Virus record (IMG/VR): IMGVR_UViG_3300044922_000175
Coordinates: 61,940-125,939 of that record
DNA length: 64,000 bases
DNA from: a virus
Strand: one strand, 5' to 3'
The notes under the pieces are model-generated. The model was not told the origin of the DNA. It made no database searches and worked only from the letters and a program-made list of their open reading frames with translations. Positions 58,989 to 64,000 of the stretch are shown one piece after another. Position numbers and translations under genes: made by a program. Every line of letters begins with the position of its first letter. The stretch's first letter is position 1.

Positions 58989-59017
58989 AAGGGCTGGGAG
59001 AAATCCTGGCCCTTTTT
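58989..59017 (+). terminator. Intrinsic terminator
   Basis: AGGGCTGGG/CCTGGCCCT stem followed by TTTT. Confidence 0.75.
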
Positions 59018-59058
59018 CTAATGTGGCTACCTTGTAAATATATAAAAAATCATCTATC

Positions 59059-59505
59059 ATGAATAACACAGAAGTTAAACAAGCAACCAAAAGAATTCAA
59101 AACCTGCAGAAGTATGGCTTTGATTTAGAAGCTGTCCAGATTATTACTGGGTATGAACAACATGTAGTTGTAAATTTTGCAACACCTATGCACAAAGTAA
59201 AAAAGTATCCTAAAAAACACTTAAGTCACGGACAAAAAGGCTATGTCCGTAAGTGTAAGGATATTGTAGAAGCTAAATCACCAGGATTTTGGCAGAAAAA
59301 GTTACAAAAAACAGTTACCAATGTAGAGTATCCTGATAATGTTGTAGCTGTAACTGCTAAACCTGACTTGATTAAGCCGGTTTCTCACACAATTAAAAAT
59401 ATTAAAGCAGACAAACCCGTGAGTTTAGTGATTGGAGAAGAGGGTAGAGCTCTACTTATTGATATTGAAATGTTGCCAAAGGGTATTAAAATTACCTGGC
59501 AATAG
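59059..59505 (+). CDS. Basic hypothetical protein, possibly DNA-binding
   Basis: 148 aa, Lys-rich, with an N-terminal HTH-like segment. Confidence 0.55.
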   Translation: MNNTEVKQATKRIQNLQKYGFDLEAVQIITGYEQHVVVNFATPMHKVKKYPKKHLSHGQKGYVRKCKDIVEAKSPGFWQKKLQKTVTNVEYPDNVVAVTAKPDLIKPVSHTIKNIKADKPVSLVIGEEGRALLIDIEMLPKGIKITWQ

Positions 59506-59573
59506 CCTTATAATAGAAATAACTTATATATAGGGTAGTTAATTAATTTAATTACTCTATATATTTGAATGAG

Positions 59574-59825
59574 ATGTTGTACCAATTAAGGAATGGTAAG
59601 GTTATAGAGTTATCTGTAGAGCAGTATCTTGACTGCACTGATGATGACTTGCAATACCTCATGTGCCTTAATGCCGGTGATGTAGTTGAAGACCCGTTCT
59701 TTGGTGCATCTATTAGCAGTACAACAATTACAATCCTAGAAGTTGAAGAACTAGAGATAGAGGAGATAGACCCTTCAGAGTTTGAAGCTGATATACTCCC
59801 GGAAGATTTACTTCCAGACATGTAA
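59574..59825 (+). CDS. Acidic hypothetical protein
   Basis: The likely ATG is at 59574 (MLYQLRNG), just after TATATTTG at 59560-59567. Confidence 0.6.
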   Translation: MLYQLRNGKVIELSVEQYLDCTDDDLQYLMCLNAGDVVEDPFFGASISSTTITILEVEELEIEEIDPSEFEADILPEDLLPDM

Positions 59826-59848
59826 GCCGGTTAATAGCCGGTTTTTTT
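59824..59848 (+). terminator. Intrinsic terminator
   Basis: GCCGG/CCGGT stem followed by TTTTTTT. Confidence 0.65.
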
Positions 59849-59884
59849 ATGCATTAAACAATTTAAAAAACCCTAAAAAATATT

Positions 59885-60415
59885 ATGAACAAAGTTAAAG
59901 TTGTTGCTGATGAGTTCGGCAGCGTAATCCGTGTGTCTCAAAACAATCCTGAGTATGGTTTTGTACGTGTTGAACAAGATGCTATTGAAGTATCTAATGG
60001 TTGGGTACGTAGGAAAGTAAGATCATCTATTGTACCAGGTTTGGTAGCTGATCTTAAAGCAATTGGTTGGAAAGCTAATGAAGAATTAGTTGGTAAGATT
60101 ACTGTTAAAGAATCTCTTGATCCTATTATGGAGTCTAATCCTGATTTTGGTGTTAAGCGTGCTGGTCAAGATGGTCCTGTTTGTTTATTTGAAGATCAAG
60201 CTATTTACAGACGTACTTACTATACTCTTGATACACAAGATCAAGATGTATTTATTCAACACACAAATGTTGATGAGATCCGTGAATCTAATGCTAGCCG
60301 TGTAACTACAGCTGTTGCTGCAAAACCTGCTGCTAAAGCTAAAGTAGAAGTAAAACAAGAGGAAGCACTTGAAGTTCCTGTAACTTCTGATTCTGACGTA
60401 ACATTTGATTTCTAA
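59885..60415 (+). CDS. Putative single-stranded DNA-binding protein
   Basis: Beta-rich N-terminal domain, Ala/Lys linker and acidic-aromatic tail (DSDVTFDF). Strong codon bias. Confidence 0.55.
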   Translation: MNKVKVVADEFGSVIRVSQNNPEYGFVRVEQDAIEVSNGWVRRKVRSSIVPGLVADLKAIGWKANEELVGKITVKESLDPIMESNPDFGVKRAGQDGPVCLFEDQAIYRRTYYTLDTQDQDVFIQHTNVDEIRESNASRVTTAVAAKPAAKAKVEVKQEEALEVPVTSDSDVTFDF

Positions 60416-60423
60416 TGTAATAA

Positions 60424-60450
60424 GGGGCTGGGGAAACTCAGCCCCATTAT
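60424..60450 (+). terminator. Intrinsic terminator-like hairpin
   Basis: GGGGCTGGG-GAAA-CTCAGCCCC. Confidence 0.65.
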
Positions 60451-60488
60451 TATAAATTTTATCTAATTAACAAACCAAATTACCACAT

Positions 60489-60953
60489 ATGACAAAAGAA
60501 AATCGGGTTATGTATAGCGGTAAGCTATCTACCTATCAAGCAAACACAAAGAACTTTAATGGTAAGTCTTATCAAGTTTATGATAAAGATCCCTTTAACC
60601 CTAACCAGAACTTCTTGTACAAGAGAGCCATGTTTGGCATCACTATGTATACAGAAGAAGAATTAAAAGAGATGTCTGAAGCTAAAAAGCTAAGAGTCAT
60701 CAAAGCCCACAGAAAAACTCAGTTTATTCTAAACTCCTGGAAGCAAGAGATGATGATTAAATTTAGTAATAGTTTATTGGGACATTTCTTTAAGGATCAT
60801 CCTTTCTTAAATCCTTTTTGGGAAAATACAGAACCAGATCCTAAATTTGTATGTACGCTATCATTTAAAGATTTGGGTATCAATAAAAAAGATATCATAG
60901 ACAAGTTAATAGATGTTGGTATATTACCAGTTAATTTCTACCAAATATCATGA
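60489..60953 (+). CDS. Hypothetical protein
   Basis: 154-aa ORF containing LSFKDLGINKKDIIDKLI..GILP.NF. Confidence 0.65.
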   Translation: MTKENRVMYSGKLSTYQANTKNFNGKSYQVYDKDPFNPNQNFLYKRAMFGITMYTEEELKEMSEAKKLRVIKAHRKTQFILNSWKQEMMIKFSNSLLGHFFKDHPFLNPFWENTEPDPKFVCTLSFKDLGINKKDIIDKLIDVGILPVNFYQIS

Positions 60954-61270
60954 CAAAATTCCACGGCCTTGACAACAGACAAATTGTATTCTGTTATTTA
61001 AACAATCTAAATCAGTTAGAACAACTAGAAGAGCTTATTGCAGAAGCTGAAATCAGCTCTACTGTACCTTTTATGGGTACTGCAGTAACTTTATCTATGA
61101 TTCTAACTGAAGATAATCTTAACAAGCTTAAACAGCATGACATGTATATCCTTCTAAATCAAGTTAATGATATTCTATACCCAGTTGTAGAGCTCATTAA
61201 AGATAGTGATCCGGATTTATATGATGATGTAGCAGCTGCCTTTGATATTGGGTTAGATGACTTAATATGA
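60950..61270 (+). CDS. Hypothetical protein
   Basis: 106-aa ORF coupled by an ATGA overlap. Confidence 0.6.
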   Translation: MTKFHGLDNRQIVFCYLNNLNQLEQLEELIAEAEISSTVPFMGTAVTLSMILTEDNLNKLKQHDMYILLNQVNDILYPVVELIKDSDPDLYDDVAAAFDIGLDDLI

Positions 61271-61650
61271 AACAGTGTCAAGACTGTGGAATTACTTTAC
61301 CAGCATTTTGGAAGAGAATATTGGGTAAAGGCTATTGTAAGAACTGTGCTAACAAGTATAGTAAACCAAAGTCTTTACCTAAAATCTCTAAGAAGAAACT
61401 TGTAGAGAATCAAGAGTATAGTATCCTACGTGTAGAGTTCTTAACTAAACATAGTACATGTCAGGCTAAACTTCCTGGATGTACTGTGATGAGTACAGAT
61501 GTACATCACCTTTATTCTGGTAAAGATAGAAGTAAATATTATCTAGAATCTAGTACATGGAAAGCAGTATGCAGGATGTGCCACAATTTTATACATGATA
61601 AGCTATCATCTGAAGAAGCTATAGAATTAGGACTTAAACTTAAATATTAA
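61267..61650 (+). CDS. HNH-family nuclease with zinc fingers
   Basis: CQDC...CKNC, then CQAKLPGC...DVHH...KAVCRMCHNFIH. Confidence 0.75.
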   Translation: MKQCQDCGITLPAFWKRILGKGYCKNCANKYSKPKSLPKISKKKLVENQEYSILRVEFLTKHSTCQAKLPGCTVMSTDVHHLYSGKDRSKYYLESSTWKAVCRMCHNFIHDKLSSEEAIELGLKLKY

Positions 61651-61707
61651 TTTGTTAATTTGTAGTATTTGTCATATATTGTATTGTAAAACAAATTATA
61701 TGGCATT

Positions 61708-62589
61708 ATGAACAAACAATTTTATCTTTATACGCATATAAGACCAGATACTAATGATATATTTTATGTAGGTATTGGTTCAGATTTTCCCGGTAGATAT
61801 TCTAGAGCACATGAATTTGGACCTAATAAAAGAAATTCTATATGGAACAAAATCTGGTTTAAAAATAAAAAACAAATTATAGTAGATATTATAAAAATAT
61901 ATGATAATCAAGATGAATGTATGCAAGCTGAAATAGATTTAATTAAAAAATATGGTAGAATATGTCATAATACAGGTCCATTAGCTAATATATCTATTGG
62001 TGGTGAATCTAAGAATAAAGACCCTAAAAAAGTAATTCAATATGATTTAGAAGGTAATTTTATTCGTATTTGGAATAGTGTAGCAGAAATTACAAATACT
62101 TTAAAAATTAAAGATAGAAGTATATATCCTACTTTAAATGGAATGTCTGTTACTTCTAATAACTTTATTTGGAAATGGTACACAGAAGATTATTTACAAA
62201 AAATTACAGTAGATATTCCTAATAGAAGAAAACGTTTTGTATATCAGTATGATAAACAATGTAATTGTATAAATACTTATAAATCTGTTTTTCAAGCCAG
62301 TAGTATAACCAACATAGATGCCGCCTCTATTTTTAAAGTAACAAATAATCAAAGAAAAACAGCTGGAGGTTATATATGGTCTTACGATAATACTTGTGAT
62401 TCTTATTATAAAAATAAAATAGCTCAATATTCTATAGATGGTGAATTAATAAAAATTTATGATAATTTAGAAACAGTAGTAAAAGATTTAAAATTAACCA
62501 GCAGAACAGCTATTAAAAATTGTTTTAATGGAAAACAAAAAAGAGCATATGGATACATATGGAAAAAATATCCAGAATTAATAAAATAA
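61708..62589 (+). mobile_element. Free-standing GIY-YIG-like homing endonuclease with three NUMOD1 repeats
   Basis: N-terminal FYLYTH...IFYVGIG. Three (V/I)xQYxxxG...S...A...I...G.RKTAGGYIW-type modules. The DNA is markedly more AT-rich than its flanks. Confidence 0.8.
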
Positions 62590-62609
62590 AATAACTAAAC
62601 AACTAAGCA

Positions 62610-62960
62610 ATGACAAACAATAAACAACAAACACCACACGGTTTTTGTGAAACCCCAGAACAAAAATGTACAATGAATTATTGTGATGAAAACGGATGTC
62701 AAAATAGAAAAAGAACTTTGGCAGAACCTACGGAGATGCCAAATAATAAACAGCAAACAGTAGTACAACTAATTATTAAAGCCTTAGATATTGAATGCAA
62801 ATCAAGAGGAATGAATGTAAATTGGGATATGTATTTAGAAACGGAGAAAGAAAGAATTGAAACTGCATACAACAAAGGAACAGTTCATGGAATTGATTAT
62901 CCTGAAAGTACACTACCAATAACTGGTGAACAATACTACAACGAAACATTTGGAGGTTAA
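62610..62960 (+). CDS. Composite accessory protein (MxNNKQQT...YYNETFGG family)
   Basis: Two MxNNKQQT leaders (62610 and 62736) are fused in frame. Confidence 0.65.
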   Translation: MTNNKQQTPHGFCETPEQKCTMNYCDENGCQNRKRTLAEPTEMPNNKQQTVVQLIIKALDIECKSRGMNVNWDMYLETEKERIETAYNKGTVHGIDYPESTLPITGEQYYNETFGG

Positions 62961-62969
62961 AAATAATTT

Positions 62970-63185
62970 ATGGACAAGTTTAAATATCAATACGGGTTTA
63001 TGACTTTAAGTAGACCAGAATTAAGCAAAAAACTAAACGAATTAGGTTCTGAGGGCTGGGATATTATATCTACACCTAGAGAACTTTTTGAAACTGATGA
63101 GCTTGATAGTGAAGGTACTGTTAGAATGAGGTGGGAAATCTTTATGAAGCAGAAAATATTCGGAGGTAACAATGAGCAACAATAA
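62970..63185 (+). CDS. DUF4177-like small protein
   Basis: YQY...LSKKLNELGSEGWDII resembles the DUF4177 core. Confidence 0.55.
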   Translation: MDKFKYQYGFMTLSRPELSKKLNELGSEGWDIISTPRELFETDELDSEGTVRMRWEIFMKQKIFGGNNEQQ

Positions 63186-63540
63186 ACGTATGAAAAATAA
63201 AGAAGAACAGATTTTACAAGTATTCAAAGACGGCCTCTTAGAATGCTTAAAGGATGTAACTCTGACATCAGCACAAACAAACCACATCTACAGATGTTAT
63301 TTATTCGCATTGGAGAAAGGTTTTATTTCCAATTCGGTAAATTGGCTCCCAAGTTATATCTTCTACAAAAATGTATTATCAGGGTTGGCTCACGCAAAAA
63401 TAAGCGTTCATGTTCACGAAGAGATTTTAGCTTTGTACCAGCAAGTACAGAAAACAGAACTTGATTATGCCAATCGTGAGGAAATGAAATCCTCAAAGAA
63501 GTCTAATTACATTAATACAATGTTCTACTCAAGCAATTAA
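63172..63540 (+). CDS. Hypothetical accessory protein
   Basis: Starts MSNNK at a repeat junction. Confidence 0.55.
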   Translation: MSNNKRMKNKEEQILQVFKDGLLECLKDVTLTSAQTNHIYRCYLFALEKGFISNSVNWLPSYIFYKNVLSGLAHAKISVHVHEEILALYQQVQKTELDYANREEMKSSKKSNYINTMFYSSN

Positions 63541-63544
63541 ATCA

Positions 63545-63778
63545 ATGAAAAAAACAATACTGCTGTTAATGCTTTTGGTCTCCTTAGCAACAGCGAATGC
63601 AAAATGTACATGGGCTTCTGTTAACATTGAACAAATGAGTAGTGGAAACTTCTTTCTTTGGAGAATAACCGGAGATGCGTTCAAGGATACTTGTACTAAG
63701 TACGACTATGACATTATTACTGAGAGTGGTAAAACATTGAAACACATTTATGTAGAACAAGGAGGGAACAATGAGTAA
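63545..63778 (+). CDS. Signal-peptide-bearing protein, possibly truncated
   Basis: MKKTILLLMLLVSLATANA signal peptide. Ends abruptly at a GGNNE junction. Confidence 0.55.
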   Translation: MKKTILLLMLLVSLATANAKCTWASVNIEQMSSGNFFLWRITGDAFKDTCTKYDYDIITESGKTLKHIYVEQGGNNE

Positions 63779-63974
63779 CTATGAAAATCTATCGCTAATT
63801 GATGCACTTTGCATTGTGAAAACAGGATGGCGAACAGAACAAGAAAAAGAATTATTAGACAATGCGTATTTAGTAATCAAAAAACATTCAGAAATACTGC
63901 ATCTTGAGTATCAAAGAGAATGCATTGATGAGAAACTAACTGAAATCAAAGGAGGTAACAATGAGCAACAATAA
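63771..63974 (+). CDS. Hypothetical accessory protein
   Basis: 67 aa bounded by junction repeats. Confidence 0.55.
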   Translation: MSNYENLSLIDALCIVKTGWRTEQEKELLDNAYLVIKKHSEILHLEYQRECIDEKLTEIKGGNNEQQ

Positions 63975-64000
63975 ACAAAGTATGAAACTATACACAGAAG
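63961..64000 (+). CDS. Partial ORF (MSNNKQSMKLYTE...)
   Basis: Starts at the junction repeat and runs off the window. Confidence 0.55.
   Translation, partial: MSNNKQSMKLYTE

Larger units (their letters stand above)
63162..63976 (+). repeat. Gene-junction direct repeat GGAGGTAACAATGAGCAACAATAAAC
   Basis: Identical 26-mers at 63162-63187 and 63951-63976, and a degenerate copy at 63761-63779. Confidence 0.9.

Noticed and set aside
527-63464. Many short ORFs in the track on the opposite strand or in alternative frames (e.g. 816..1073, 16353..16823, 40004..40327, 50208..50575, 58492..58767, 63042..63287)
   Set aside because: They lie wholly within longer, motif-bearing, codon-biased genes and read as shadow translations.
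1-64000. Stop-codon reassignment, as in some crAss-like phages
   Set aside because: The standard code gives long uninterrupted ORFs and near-complete coverage. The only intact tRNA reads Leu (anticodon TAA decodes UUA) and is not a suppressor.
62610-64000. CRISPR mini-array
   Set aside because: The repeats are separated by about 190-600 nt of coding sequence, are not palindromic, and encode protein termini.

Overview
This is a 64-kb segment of a large, AT-rich, lytic podovirus-like phage with crAss-like gene content and order. The host is probably a Bacteroidota species, judged from TAnnTTTG promoters and A-rich leaders without Shine-Dalgarno sites. Bases 1-54.8 kb form a minus-strand late region. 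Reading right to left it encodes HTH/HU-like proteins, a PD-(D/E)xK nuclease, terminase, portal, scaffold, major capsid protein, ring and auxiliary capsid proteins, about 24 kb of fibre/adhesin genes (two with S74 chaperones, three LamG paralogues, a Cys-rich FN3 set), a metallophosphoesterase, HU-like, ring and muzzle proteins, and cargo-position proteins. After a mostly non-coding strand switch at about 54.8-55.9 kb, a plus-strand early/middle region holds tRNA-Leu(TAA), an aberrant tRNA-shaped RNA, small ORFs, a GH73-like hydrolase, a putative SSB, HNH and GIY-YIG/NUMOD1 nucleases, and a cassette-like ORF array. The most interesting signals are: (1) cargo proteins built from small modules separated by about 20 hydrophobic-x-x-Gly-Gly motifs, suggesting polyproteins; (2) a tRNA body with a 42-nt hairpin inserted in the anticodon arm; (3) a roughly 280-nt structured RNA ending in an H-type pseudoknot; (4) a candidate sRNA complementary to late-gene leaders; (5) a recurring late-promoter motif; (6) repeat-joined accessory cassettes. 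All protein calls rest on motif recognition and synteny by eye. No database searches were run.
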